Shown: piece after piece, positions 50,960 through 61,837 of the stretch
How positions within the stretch are numbered: position 1 is the first letter of the stretch
Layout: each line of letters begins with the position of its first letter
DNA from: an uncultured Solirubrobacterales bacterium
Lineage (GTDB): Bacteria; Actinomycetota; Thermoleophilia; Solirubrobacterales; 70-9
Reading direction: 5' to 3'
NCBI GenBank assembly: GCA_963733075.1
Contig: CAVTCA010000022.1
Location: 41,709 to 105,708 of the forward strand
DNA length: 64,000 nt
The notes under the pieces: generated by a model
Seen by the model: only the letters and a program-made list of their open reading frames with translations
What the model was told of the DNA's origin: nothing
Database searches by the model: none
Position numbers and translations under genes: made by a program

Positions 50960-51968
50960 ACGCGAACTCCTCCGGGGTCACGGTGCGCAGCTCCGCGACC
51001 GCCTCGGCCAGCGGGACGAGCTCGATCCGCGTCCCGCGAAGCGCCGGCATCATCCCCCACTCGCCGTTCTGCGCGGCGTCGATCGCCGCCACCCCGAACC
51101 GGGTCGCCAGCACCCTGTCGTAGGCGGTCGGGGTGCCGCCCCGCTGGATGTGGCCGAGGACGACGGCGCGCGTCTCGAACCCGGTGCGCGCCTCGATCTC
51201 CTGCTCGAGCCGATGCCCGATGCCACCGAGGCGGACGTGGCCGAATTCGTCGGTCTCCCCCGCCGCGACCTCCATCGTCCCCCGCTTCGGCAGCGCACCC
51301 TCGGCGGCGACGACGATCGAGAACGAGCGCCCGCGCGAGTGACGCCGGTCGATCAGCCTGCAGACCTCGTCGATGTCGAACGGCTGCTCGGGGATCAGGA
51401 TCACGTCGCCGCCACCGGCGATCCCCGAGTAGAGCGCGATCCAGCCGGCGTGGCGCCCCATCACCTCGACCACCATCACCCGGTGGTGAGATTCGGCGGT
51501 CGTGTGGAGGCGGTCGATCGCCTCGGTGGCGACCTGGATCGCCGTGTCGAAGCCGAAGGTGACGTCGGTGGCGCCGATGTCGTTGTCGATCGTCTTCGGC
51601 ACGCCGAGGACGTCGAGCCCGTGCTCGGCGTGGAGGCGGTTGGCGGCCCCGAGCGTGTCCTCGCCGCCGATTGCGATCAGGCCGTCGACGTCGAGCTCGG
51701 CCATCGTCTCGCGGATGCGCTGCGCGGCGTTCTCGCGCTTGAACGGGTTGGTCCGAGAGGTGCCCAGGATCGTCCCGCCCCGGGGCAGGATCCCTCGGGT
51801 CGACTCGATCGTGAGCTCGAGATGGTCGCCCTCGAGCGGGCCCCGCCAGCCGTCGCGGAAACCGGCGATCTCGCTCGAGTGCACGTCGATGCCCTTGCGG
51901 ACGATCGCCCGGATCACCGCGTTCAGGCCTGGACAGTCGCCGCCGCCGGTGAGCACGCCGAATCGCAC
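50937..51968 (-). CDS. pfkA: 6-phosphofructokinase (ATP- or PPi-dependent)
   Basis: From GTG 51968: VRFGVLTGGGDCPGLNAVIRAIV...IAIGGEDTLG...VPKTIDNDI...EVMGRHAGWIAL...LGHIQRGG. Intact frame. Confidence 0.92.
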   Translation of the reverse strand: MRFGVLTGGGDCPGLNAVIRAIVRKGIDVHSSEIAGFRDGWRGPLEGDHLELTIESTRGILPRGGTILGTSRTNPFKRENAAQRIRETMAELDVDGLIAIGGEDTLGAANRLHAEHGLDVLGVPKTIDNDIGATDVTFGFDTAIQVATEAIDRLHTTAESHHRVMVVEVMGRHAGWIALYSGIAGGGDVILIPEQPFDIDEVCRLIDRRHSRGRSFSIVVAAEGALPKRGTMEVAAGETDEFGHVRLGGIGHRLEQEIEARTGFETRAVVLGHIQRGGTPTAYDRVLATRFGVAAIDAAQNGEWGMMPALRGTRIELVPLAEAVAELRTVTPEEFAFAEAFLG

Positions 51969-52003
51969 GCGGCCACGATACCCGCAGCGCGCCGCGTCAC
52001 CGG

Positions 52004-52699
52004 TCAGCCGTCGAGGGCCTCCCGGCGGACGGTGAAGAAGTCGGCGACGAGGCCGTCCGGATCGTCGGCGGCGACGAGCGCGGCGTAGGAAAGCTCGGCC
52101 CCCGAGAAGCCGGTCGCGTTCCAGAGCTCGCCCCTGGGCTGGGCGTGCCACGGCCCGACGTACGCGTACGGTTCCGGATGGCCGTCGTCTCCGGGCGAGA
52201 CGCCGTAGTTGGCGCGACGCCCGAGCGGCTCGGGGCCTGCCTCGAACGCGATGTCGAAGTGCTCGGGCCAGAGGATGACGTCCGAGGGATCGTCGGCCGG
52301 CGGCATGGCGGCCGCGTGAGCCTCGAGAGCGTTCCTCGCGAACGCGTAGAGCTCCGCGAGCACGGTGGCTGCATCCCGGTCGAGCTCGAGCGGCGTCGTA
52401 TCGCCGGGCGGGCCGGCCGGGAACAGCTCGGTGCCGACGAGCTCGGCGGCCTGTGCGAGGGACGCGATCGCCTCGCGGCGCTCGGCCCCGCCCTCCAGCA
52501 CGACGAGCTCCGCGCCGTCGACCCGCACCTGCCACTCGTCGCCGCCGTGCTCGAACGGCGGCGTGCCGAAGCCGCCGGGCGTCTGGGTCAGGGCGATCTC
52601 GTTGTCCGGCTTGCGCGCCGGGGCGACGACCTCCTCGGCAACGCGGTGAAGCGCGTCGCGAGTGGCGCCGAACGATCGCGGAAGCGGCCGGAGGCCCAT
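52004..52699 (-). CDS. conserved hypothetical protein
   Basis: Intact 231-aa ORF with protein-like composition (...ILWPEHFDIAFEAG...NYGVSPGDDGHPEPYAYVGPW...). I did not recognise a family. Confidence 0.5.
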   Translation of the reverse strand: MGLRPLPRSFGATRDALHRVAEEVVAPARKPDNEIALTQTPGGFGTPPFEHGGDEWQVRVDGAELVVLEGGAERREAIASLAQAAELVGTELFPAGPPGDTTPLELDRDAATVLAELYAFARNALEAHAAAMPPADDPSDVILWPEHFDIAFEAGPEPLGRRANYGVSPGDDGHPEPYAYVGPWHAQPRGELWNATGFSGAELSYAALVAADDPDGLVADFFTVRREALDG

Positions 52700-52763
52700 C
52701 AGACCAGGTCGGCGTCGGCGAGCACCACGAGGCCGGGGCGCACGGTACGCGGGCGGGTCACCT

Positions 52764-52955
52764 CTAGGCGCGGATCCAGTCCAGCAACGGCTTCGCCCAG
52801 CGGTCGAGGACGGCGTTGAAGATGATGAACAGGAAGATCAGCGCCGCGATCGTCCCCCCGAGCGAGAACGCGTAGCCGATCATCATCGCGACCAGGCCGA
52901 CGACGGTGAAGACGAGCAGGCGCACGGCCGGGAATCTACCGCTTCGGCTCGGCAC
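52764..52955 (-). CDS. small membrane protein (two TM helices)
   Basis: 63 aa, GTG start: ...LLVFTVVGLVAMMIGYAFSLGGTIAALIFLFIIFNAVL... It lies directly downstream of trpA. Confidence 0.5.
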   Translation of the reverse strand: MPSRSGRFPAVRLLVFTVVGLVAMMIGYAFSLGGTIAALIFLFIIFNAVLDRWAKPLLDWIRA

Positions 52956-52988
52956 CGGCCGCCGCAGGAGCGGCGAGATCGACCGCGT

Positions 52989-53783
52989 CTACGCCTCCAG
53001 CGCGGCCCGCGCAGCGGTCAGGAACCCGGTCACGGCGGCGGCCGCGGCGGTCGGCCCGCCGGCCTCCTCGACGGCGCGCACCAGCCGGGTGCCAACGATG
53101 ACGCCGTCCGCGATCGCCCCGACCTGGGCCGCCTGCTCGGGCGTGCCGATGCCGAAGCCGACCGCGACCGGGACCTCGGCGTCGGACTGGGTCGCGACGA
53201 TCAGGTCGCCGAGCGTCGCCGGGAGCTGCTCACGCTCCCCCGTCGTGCGCGTGTCCGAGACGAGGTAGACGAAGCCCTCGGCGGCCGCGCAGATCCGCCG
53301 GCGGCGCTCCGCCGGGGTGGTCGGCGCGACCAGCGGGATCAGGGCGAGCCCCGCGGCCCGCAGCGCGGCCGCGATCTCGGCGCTCTCCTCGAGCGGCAGG
53401 TCGGGGACGATCGCCCCGGCGGCGCCGGCCTCGGCGAGCTCGCCGGCGAAGCGCTGCGGGCCGCGCGCGAGGATCATGTTCGCGTAGGCCATCGGCACCA
53501 CCGGCACCCGGGCGGCGATCCGCTCGCAGTCGGCGAGCACCGAGTCGAGCGTGGCTCCGGCGGCGAGGGCGCGGGTCCCGGCCGCGTGGATGACGACGCC
53601 GTCGGCGAGCGGGTCCGAGTACGGGACCCCGAGCTCGATCAGGTCGGCGCCGGCGTCCGCGTACGCCTCGGCCACCGCGGCCGAGGTCTCGCGATCGGGA
53701 AAGCCGCTCATCATGTACGGCATCAGCGCCGCGCGCCGATCGGCCCTCGCCGCCGCGAACGCGGCCGCGATCCGTTCAGCCAT
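52989..53783 (-). CDS. trpA: tryptophan synthase alpha chain
   Basis: Intact 264 aa: ...[11 protein letters not shown]...[19 protein letters not shown]...[13 protein letters not shown]...[10 protein letters not shown]. The ATG overlaps the trpB stop. Confidence 0.93.
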   Translation of the reverse strand: MAERIAAAFAAARADRRAALMPYMMSGFPDRETSAAVAEAYADAGADLIELGVPYSDPLADGVVIHAAGTRALAAGATLDSVLADCERIAARVPVVPMAYANMILARGPQRFAGELAEAGAAGAIVPDLPLEESAEIAAALRAAGLALIPLVAPTTPAERRRRICAAAEGFVYLVSDTRTTGEREQLPATLGDLIVATQSDAEVPVAVGFGIGTPEQAAQVGAIADGVIVGTRLVRAVEEAGGPTAAAAAVTGFLTAARAALEA

Positions 53784-55040
53784 CGCCGAATCGCTCGACC
53801 ACCTCGGCGAGGTCCTTGTCGCCGCGGCCGGAGAGCGTCAGGAGGTCGTAGCGCCTTCCCTCGCCTCACCCGCGCACGCCCGCAGGCGAAGCCGAGGAGG
53901 TGGCGCGGTATCTTCGTTGGCGAGGCAGCCAAGCCACGCGCGTGGCTTGGCTCCAGCGCCGGGATGATCCCCTCGAGCCGGGCGAGCTCGCGAAAGGCGC
54001 TCAGCGCCTCGTCGTCGGTGACCGCCTCGTAGCGGACGCGCCCGGTGTCGCGAAGGTGGGCGTGCTGCGGGCCGACGCCCGGGTAGTCGAGGCCGGCGGA
54101 GACCGAGTGCGCCTCGAGGATCTGGCCGTCCTCGTCGGCGAGCACCGCGGAGAGCGCCCCGTGCAGGACCCCGGTGCGGCCCGCGGTCAGCGAGGCGCCG
54201 GTGCGGCCGCTGTCCAGCCCCTCACCCGCCGCCTCGACCCCGATCAGCTCGACCTCCTCGTCGTCGAGGAAGGGGACGAAGGTGCCGATCGAGTTCGAGC
54301 CCCCGCCGACGCAGGCGATCACCCGCGCCGGCAGCGAGCCCTCGGCCGCGAGCGCCTGCTCGCGCGCCTCGTCGCCGATCACCAGCTGCAGGTCGCGCAC
54401 GAGCGCCGGGTACGGCGCCGGGCCGACGGCGGAGCCGATGATGTAGTGGGTGGTGGCGACGTTGGTGACCCAGTCGCGGATCGCCGCGCTGACCGCCTCC
54501 TTCAGCGTCCGCGCGCCCGGCCTCGACCGGCGCGACCTCGGCGCCGAGGAGGCGCATGCGCTCGACGTTCGGCGCCTGGCGGCGCATGTCCTCGGTCCCC
54601 ATGTAGACGACGCACTCGAGGCCGAGCAGGGCGCAGGCGGTCGCCGCCGCGACGCCGTGCTGGCCGGCGCCGGTCTCGGCGATCACCCGGTCCTTGCCCA
54701 TCCGCTTGGCCAGCAGCGCCTGGCCGACGGCGTTGTTGATCTTGTGGGCGCCGGTGTGGGCGAGGTCCTCGCGCTTGAGGTAGACCCGGCGGCCGACGCG
54801 CTCGGAGAGCCGCTCGGCGAGGTAGAGCGGCGTCGGGCGGCCGACGAAGTCGCGCAGCAGGCGGTCGAGCTCGGCGCCGAAGCCCTCGTCGGCGCGCGCC
54901 TCGGCCCAGGCCAGGGTGAGCTCGTCGAGCGCCGCGATCAGGACCTCGGGCACGAAGCGCCCGCCGTAGGGGCCGAAGCGCTCCTCGACGCTCGCCGCGG
55001 CGCCGACCCCACCCGCCGCGCCGGCCGGGCGCGCGCTCAT
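53776..55040 (-). CDS. trpB: tryptophan synthase beta chain; at least 3 frame shifts (about 54500, about 53940, about 53850)
   Basis: ORF 54222..55040: [20 protein letters not shown]...[42 protein letters not shown] 53723..54400: ...[10 protein letters not shown]...GLDYPGVGP...[12 protein letters not shown]. The end ...[28 protein letters not shown] comes from my own translation. Confidence 0.93.
53927..53952. repeat. 26-bp perfect palindrome inside the trpB 3' region
   Basis: AGCCAAGCCACGCGCGTGGCTTGGCT is an exact dyad. It coincides with one of the trpB frame breaks. Confidence 0.9.
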
Positions 55041-55687
55041 CGCGCCGCGGCCCCGGACGCGGGCACCGGGCCATCGCGCGCTCGGCGAAGGCGGCCATCA
55101 GCGCATGGTCCTTGAGCCCCGGGCGCGGCCTCGACCCCGCTGGCGACGTCGACCGCGAACGGCCGCGCGACCTCGATCGCGCCCGCGACGTTGGCGGGGT
55201 CGAGGCCGCCGGCGAGGATCATCGGGATCCCCGGTGGGCGGGCGCGCGACCAGCTCCCAGTCGAAGCTCTCACCGGTACCGCCCGGGGCGCTCCGGCCGG
55301 TGCGCGTCGAGCAGGTGATAGTCGGTCCGGAAGGCCTCGGCCGCCTGGATGTCGGCCGCGCTGCGGACGCGGATCGCCTTGATCACCTTGGCACCCGTGC
55401 GCCGGGCCACCTCCTGGCAGAAGGCGGGACCCTCGTCGCCGTGGAGCTGGATCATCGAGAGCTGCTCGTCCTCGACCGCCCTCGCGACCTCGTCGAGGGT
55501 CGCGTTGACGAACACGCCGACGATCTCGACCTTGCGCCGCAGCTCGGCGCTGATCGCGACGCGCGGTCGCCGGATCGCAGCGGCGCGGGCTCTCCGGCCA
55601 GTGGTTGAGGCCGATCGCCCAGGCGCCGAGGCGGACCGCCTCGCGCGCATCCTCGATCCTGGTGATGCCGCAGAACTTGACTCGCAT
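55037..55687 (-). CDS. trpF: phosphoribosylanthranilate isomerase; at least 4 frame shifts
   Basis: [28 protein letters not shown] (ORF 55037..55822), ...[30 protein letters not shown]... (ORF 55270..56190), and ...[33 protein letters not shown] (first frame again). The stop overlaps the trpB ATG as an ATGA junction. Confidence 0.85.
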   Translation of the reverse strand: MRVKFCGITRIEDAREAVRLGAWAIGLNHWPESPRRCDPATARRDQRRAAAQGRDRRRVRQRDPRRGREGGRGRAALDDPAPRRRGSRLLPGGGPAHGCQGDQGDPRPQRGRHPGGRGLPDRLSPARRAPAGAPRAVPVRASTGSWSRARPPGIPMILAGGLDPANVAGAIEVARPFAVDVASGVEAAPGAQGPCADGRLRRARDGPVPASGAAAR

Positions 55688-55712
55688 CGCGTCGGAGTAG
55701 CGTAGGGACCAG

Positions 55713-58677
55713 ATGATCGGGCCCGGACCAGGGGGACTCGAATCGCCACCCGCGAGCCTCGAGGCGGAGGTGCAGCGGATCGGCCGCGAGCTGGCCGGCG
55801 CTTCCCCTCCCCCGCCCGCCACCCGCTGCGCTCGCTCGACCAGAAGGCGATGCAGCTGACGGCCCAGGACGCCGAGCTGCGGCGCGGCGCTGTTCCGGCT
55901 CGTCGACGTGACCCCCGCCTGCCGCTCGGTCGACGACCTCGGCGCGCACCTGGTCGCCTACCTCGACGAGGTCCCGGAGCGGCCGCCGTCGCTCGAGGCG
56001 GCGATGCGGCTCGCCGGCAACCGGCCGGGCCGCGGGCGCTCGGCGCCGCGACCGCGGCCGGCGTCCGCCACATGGCGCACCGCTTCATCGTCGGCGAGTC
56101 GCCGCAGGAGGCGCTGCGGACACTCGCCGCGCTCTGGCGCGAGGGGATCGCCAGCTCCGTCGACCTGCTCGGCGAGGCGACGGTGACCACGGCGGAGGCC
56201 GATCGCTACGCGGCGCGCTGCGACGAGGCGCTCGTGACGCTCGCCGAGGCCGCGCCGCGATGGCCGCGCGCGCGAGTGGCTCGAGCGCGACTCGGCCGGC
56301 CCCGTGCCGCGGGTCAACCTCTCGGTCAAGGTCACCGCGCTGACCCCGCTGATGCGCCCCCAGGCGCCCGAGGTCGGCCGCGAGGACGCGGCGGCGCGGA
56401 TGCGGCCGCTGCTGCGCCGCGCCCGCGAGCTCGGCGCCCACCTGCACGTCGACATGGAGTCGGTCGACTCGCTCGAGACGACCGCCGAGCTCGTCCTCGG
56501 GCTGCTCGCCGAGGACGAGTTCGCCGACGGGCCCGTCGGCCGGGAGTCGTCCTGCAGGCCTACCTGCGCGACTCGCCGGCCCAGCTCGACCGGCTGCTCG
56601 AGTGGTCGCGGCGACGCCGAGCGCGCGCGCCGCTGGCGGTGCGCCTGGTCAAGGGCGCCTACTGGGACCACGAGGTGGTCGAGGCGCGCCAGCACGGCTG
56701 GCGCCCGCCGGTGTTCGAGCACAAGGCCGACTGCGACCGCAACTTCGAGGCGCTCACCCGGCGGCTGCTCGACGCCCGGCCGCTGGTCCGGGTCAGCGGT
56801 CGGCTCGCACAACCTGCGCTCGGTCGCCCACGCGATCGCCTACAACCGGCTCTCGCGGCGGCGAGCGACTCCGACCTCGAGCTCCAGGTGCTGCGCGGCC
56901 TCGGCGACGAGCTCGCCGAGGCGCTGCGCGCCGAGCAGCTGCGGGTGCGCTCCTACTGCCCGGTCGGCGACCTGGTCGCCGGGATGGCCTACCTGGTCCG
57001 CCGCCTGCTCGAGAACACCTCCAACGACTCCTTCCTGCGCGCCCACGCACGGCGGCGCCCCGGTCGAGGAGCTGCTCGGCCGCGACCGTGAGCTTTCGCA
57101 ACGAGCCGACGCTCGAGCTGCGCCGCGCCGACGCCCGCGACGGGCTGCTCGGCCGCGCTCGCCGAGCTCGACCGACGGCTGCCGCTCGAGGTGCCGGTGC
57201 TGATCGGCGGCGACCGCGGGCGCCGACGTCGGGACTCGAGTCGACCGACCCCGGCGACCCCGGGCGGGTCGTCGCGCGTCGCCGGCCGCGCGGGCGCCGA
57301 GCCGAGGCCGCGGCGGCGGTGGCGGCCGCCGACCGCGGGCTGGCCGAGTGGAGCGGGCCGCGGCGCGGCCGAGCGCGCGGCCGCGCTGAGCGGCGCCGCC
57401 GCGACCCTGCGCGGCCGCCGGCCCGAGCTCGCGGCGCTGCAGGTGCGCGAGTGCGCGAAGCCGTGGGCGGAGGCCGACGCCGACGTCTGCGAGGCGATCG
57501 ACTTCCTCGAGTACTACGCGCGCGGCGGCGGTCGAGCTCGAGCGCGGGCCCGGAGCTCGCGCAGGCGCCGGGCGAGCGCAACACGATGCGCTACGAGCCG
57601 CGCGGCGTCGCCGCGGTGATCTCGCCGTGGAACTTCCCGCTCGCGATCCCGACCGGGATGACCGCGGCGGCGCTCGCGGCCGGCAACGCGGTCGTGCTGA
57701 AGCCGGCCGAGCAGTCGCCCGGCTGCGCGCTGGCGCTGGTCGAGGCCCTGCACGGGGCCGGGGTCCCGCCGGCGGCGCTCGCGCTGCTGCCCGGCGACGG
57801 CGACGCCGGCGCGGCGCTGGTCCGCGATCCGCGGGTCGCACCTGATCGCGTTCACCGGCTCGGGCGCCGTCGGGCTCGAGATCGTCCGCGCCGCCGCCGA
57901 GACCCCCGCCGGGCAGGACCACGTCAAGCGGGTGATCGCCGAGATGGGCGGCAAGAACTGCGTCATCGTCGACTCCGACGCCGACCTCGACGACGCCGTC
58001 CCCGCGATCGTCGACTCGGCCTTCGGCTACGCGGGCCAGAAGTGCTCGGCCGCCTCGCGGGTGCTCGTCCACGAGGCGGTCGCCGAGTCCGCTGCTCGAG
58101 CGGCTCGCGGGCGCCGACCGACTCGCTGATCGTCGGCCAGGCGGAGAGCTTCGCCACCGACGTCCCGCCGCTGATCGAGGCGCGAGGCGCGCGATCGCGT
58201 CGACGCGCTATCGCGAGCGACGCCGCGCGCAGCGGCCGGCTCGTGACCGCCGCGCGGGAGCTGCCCGACGCGCGGCTGGTTCGCGCCGCCCGCCGTGGTC
58301 ACCGAGCTGCCCGCCGACGCCGCCGGTGCTGCGCGAGGAGGTCTTCGGCCCGCTGCTCACGCGTCGAGCCCGTCGCCGGGATCGACGGAGGCGCTCGAGC
58401 GTCGTCGACTCGCTCCCGTTCGCGCTCACCGCGCGGGCTGTTCTCGCGCAACCCGGAGACGATCGACGCGGTCGCGCGACGCGATCCCGGTCGGCAACCT
58501 CTACGTCAACCGCTCGACCACCGGGGCGATGGTCGGCCCGCCAGCCGTTCGGCGGCAACCGGCTGCTCGGGGATCGGCTCCCAGGCCGGCGGCCCCGACT
58601 ACCTGCGCCAGTTCACCGAGCCGCGGGTGGTGAGCGAGAACACGATGCGCCACGGCCTCGAGACCGACCGGGCCTGA
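55713..58677 (+). CDS. putA: bifunctional proline dehydrogenase / L-glutamate gamma-semialdehyde (P5C) dehydrogenase; at least 10 frame shifts
   Basis: PRODH blocks: [13 protein letters not shown]...[50 protein letters not shown]...[31 protein letters not shown] blocks: [46 protein letters not shown]...GQKCSAASR, and ...[13 protein letters not shown]. These are scattered over all three plus-strand frames (ORFs 55850.., 55908.., 56304.., 56602.., 57932..). Confidence 0.85.
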
Positions 58678-58699
58678 GCGCCGCGCGAGCAGCGCGAGC

Positions 58700-59907
58700 T
58701 CAGCGCGCCGCCTGGTCGGGCCGCTCGGCGAGCTCGACGGTGACCGTGCGCTCCTCGCCGTCGCGCAGCAGCGTGAGCTCGATCTCGTCGCCGGGCTGCT
58801 TGCGCGTCGACCGCGGCGATCACGTCGTCCATGCCGGCGACCGGCTCGCCGTCGACGGCCGTGATCAGGTCGCCGCCGGCTCGGATGCGCTGGCCGTCGA
58901 CCGAGACCTCGGCGTCGCCCGCCTCGATCCCGGCGTCGGCCGCGGGGCTGTCGGGGACCACGGACTGCACCAGGGCGCCGCGCTCGACGTCGAGGTTGAG
59001 CACGTCGGCGATCTCGGGCGTCAGGTCGGCGCCGCTGATGCCGACGAAGGCGTGCTCGACCTCGCCGGTGGTCGATCAGCTGCTGGGCGATCTCACTGGC
59101 GGTGTCGATCGGGACCGCGAAGCCGATCCCGACGTTGCCGCCCGACTGGCCGCCGGACTCGATCTGCGAGTTGATCCCGATCACCTCGCCCGTCGGAGTC
59201 GATCAGCGGGCCCGCCCGAGTTGCCCGGGTTGATCGGGGCGTCGGTCTGGATCGCGTTGCTGATCGAGAACCCGTTCGGGGCGCTGATCTGCCGCTGGAC
59301 GGCGGAGACGATCCCGGCGGTCGCCGTGCGGTCGAGGCCGAACGGGTTGCCGATCGCGACCACCGGGTCGCCGACCTCGACCTCGGCCGAGGAGCCGAGC
59401 TCGAGCGGCTGGAGACGCTCGGCGCCCGGATTCGACCTCGAGCACGGCGACGTCGGTCGACGGGTCGGCACCGACCACCTTGGCGTCGAGGGTCTCTCCG
59501 TCCTCGCCGCCGACGCGGACCGTGACCTGTTCGGAGCCGTCGACGACGTGCGCGTTGGTGAGGATGTGGCCGTCGTCGTCGATCACGAACCCCGAGCCGG
59601 TGGCGGTGCCGCCCCGGGAGGGCCCGAACGGGCTGACGGGCGCGGACTGCGCCTGCTGCTGGGCCTCGATGTAGACGACCCCCGGCGAGTCCTTGGTGTA
59701 GATCTCGTTCACGGTCAGCGCGCCTGCCGGTCTCGTCGGCGGCCAGCGCGGTGGTCGCGTCGCGGTGGCGGCGCCGTGGTCGTGGTCGTGGTCGAGCCGC
59801 CATCGGCCTCGACCGCGCCGGTCGCGATCGCGATCCAGCCCGAGCACGGCGACGACCAGGCCGCCCGCGAGCGCGGAGGCGAACGGGGTCTTGAGCAAGC
59901 TCTTCAT
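58700..59907 (-). CDS. htrA: HtrA/DegP-family (S1C) serine protease with PDZ domain; at least 4 frame shifts
   Basis: [23 protein letters not shown] (anchor)...[19 protein letters not shown] (His)...DVAVLEV (Asp)...AIGNPFGL...[13 protein letters not shown] (Ser)...[12 protein letters not shown] domain: [22 protein letters not shown]... The end ...[15 protein letters not shown] at 58700 comes from my own translation. Confidence 0.85.
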
Positions 59908-59940
59908 CGACCGAGCTTGCCCCGGCCCCCCTAAAGCGCC

Positions 59941-60787
59941 CTAACGCGAACCGAAAGGCCTAAGAACCGCCGTGAAGGCACGGTCCATGTAGTGCTCGCG
60001 GGTGCGCTCCTCGTCCATGGTCAGCTCGCGCACGGCGATCTCCGGGTCGCCGGAGCGCATCAGCGTCTCGCCGATCAGGACCGCGTCGCAACCGATCCGC
60101 TCGAGCTCCTCGAGCTGCTCCCAGTGGTCATAGCCCGACTCCGAGACCACGGTCTTGCCCGCCGGGACGTCGGTGATCAGCTCGGTGGTCGTCTCCAGGT
60201 CCACGGAGAGGTCGCCGAGGTTGCGGTTGTTGATCCCGATCACGTCGGCGCCGACCTCCAGCGCGCGCTCGAGGTCAGCTTCGTCGTGGACCTCGACCAG
60301 GCAGTCGAGGTCGAGCAGCATCGCCTCCTCGTAGAGGCCGAGCAGGGTGCGGTCGTCGAGCGCGGCGACGATCAGCAGCACCGCGTCGGCGCCGTTCGAC
60401 CGCTGCCTCGTAGAGCTGGTAGGGGTCGACGATGAAGTCCTTGCGCAGGATCGGCAGGCCGGAGGCGGCTCGCGCGGCGCGCAGATCGTCGAGCGAGCCG
60501 CCGAAGTGGCGCTCGTCCGTGAGCACCGAGAGGGCCGCCGCGCCGCCGCGCTCGTAGGCAGCGACCACCTCGGCGACCGTCGCACCCGCGGCGATCTCAC
60601 CGGAGCTGGGCGAACGGCGCTTGAACTCGGCGATCAGCGAGAGCCCCGGGCGGACCAGGGCCTCGCTGAAGGGGCGCGAGCCGCTGAGCGTGCCGACCGC
60701 GGCGCGTAGGTCCTCGATCGTGACCTGGCGCTTGCGCTCCTCCACGCCCTGCCTCGCTGCCCCCACGAGCTCGTCGAGCTTGCTCAT
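59941..60787 (-). CDS. trpC: indole-3-glycerol phosphate synthase; frame shift about 60400
   Basis: ORF 60275..60787: ...[15 protein letters not shown]...[19 protein letters not shown]...[20 protein letters not shown] 59941..60600: ...[12 protein letters not shown]...[14 protein letters not shown]...IGINNRNL...VSESG. Confidence 0.92.
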
Positions 60788-60803
60788 GCGCAGCTCAGGG
60801 TAG

Positions 60804-61833
60804 TCAAGCCGCCAGCTCTTGGGTCAGCGGGGCCAGGCGCTCGAGCACGCCCTCGGCGGCGCCCGAGTCGAGCGCCTGGCGGGCCCGCTCGACCCCCGCG
60901 GCGAGATCGTGCGCGGACCCGGCGGCGAGGATCGCCGCGCCCGCGTTGAGGACGATCACGTCGCGCGCCGGGCCCGCCTCGCCGGCGAGCACAGCCCGGA
61001 CGACGGCGGCGTTCCGCTCCGGCTCGCCGCCCGCGATCGCGCTCAGCTCCGATCGCTCGATCCCGAGGTCCTCGGGGGTCGACGAACCACTCCTCGGTGC
61101 GGCCGTCGGCGACCTCGACCACCCGGGTGCGGTCGCCGATGCTGATCTCGTCGACGCCGTCATCCGAGCAGACGACCAGGGCGCGCTCGCAGCCGAGGCC
61201 GACGAGGGCCTCCGCGACCGTCTCCTGATAGCGCCGATCGGAGACGCCGAGCAGCTGTCGCGAGGCGCCGGCCGGGTTGGTCAGCGGACCGAGGAAGTTG
61301 AAGATCGTGCGCACCGCCAGCTCCTTGCGGACCGGCACCACGTGCTTCATCGCCGCGTGATGACGGGGCGCGAACATGAACCCGAAGCCGAGCTCGTCGA
61401 TGCAGCGGGCGACCGCCGCAGGGGCGAGCTCGATCCTGACGCCGAGCGCCTCGAGCAGGTCGGCGGAGCCCGAGCGGCTCGTGTTCGAGCGGTTGCCGTG
61501 CTTGGCGACCGCGCACCCGGCCCCGGCGGCAACCAGGGCGGCGGCGGTCGAGATGTTGAACGTCGACGGCCCGCCGCCGGTGCCCGCGGTGTCGACCAGG
61601 TCCTCGCGGCCGCTCTCGACCGGCGCGGCGAGGCGGCGCATCGTCCGCGCCAGGCCGACCAGCTCGGCCACGGTCTCGCCCTTCGCCCGCAGCGCGATCA
61701 GGAAGGCGGCTGTCTGGATCTCGCTCGCGCGCCCCTCCATCACCTCGTCGAGGACGGCCGAGGCGTGGTCGGCGGTCAGGTGGCTGCCGGATGCCAGCTC
61801 GTCGATCGCGCAGGTGAGGATGGGGTTGGGCAT
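60804..61833 (-). CDS. trpD: anthranilate phosphoribosyltransferase; frame shift about 61085
   Basis: ORF 60784..61833: ...[15 protein letters not shown]...[49 protein letters not shown]...[10 protein letters not shown]. The C-terminus is in ORF 60804..61163. Confidence 0.92.
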
Positions 61834-61837
61834 CGGT

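Noticed and set aside
53830-53952. MITE-like insertion inside trpB
   Set aside because: There are no terminal inverted repeats with a target-site duplication beyond the single dyad, and no second copy in the window. The extra length can also be produced by local assembly error around a hairpin. I kept it as a finding only for the palindrome itself.
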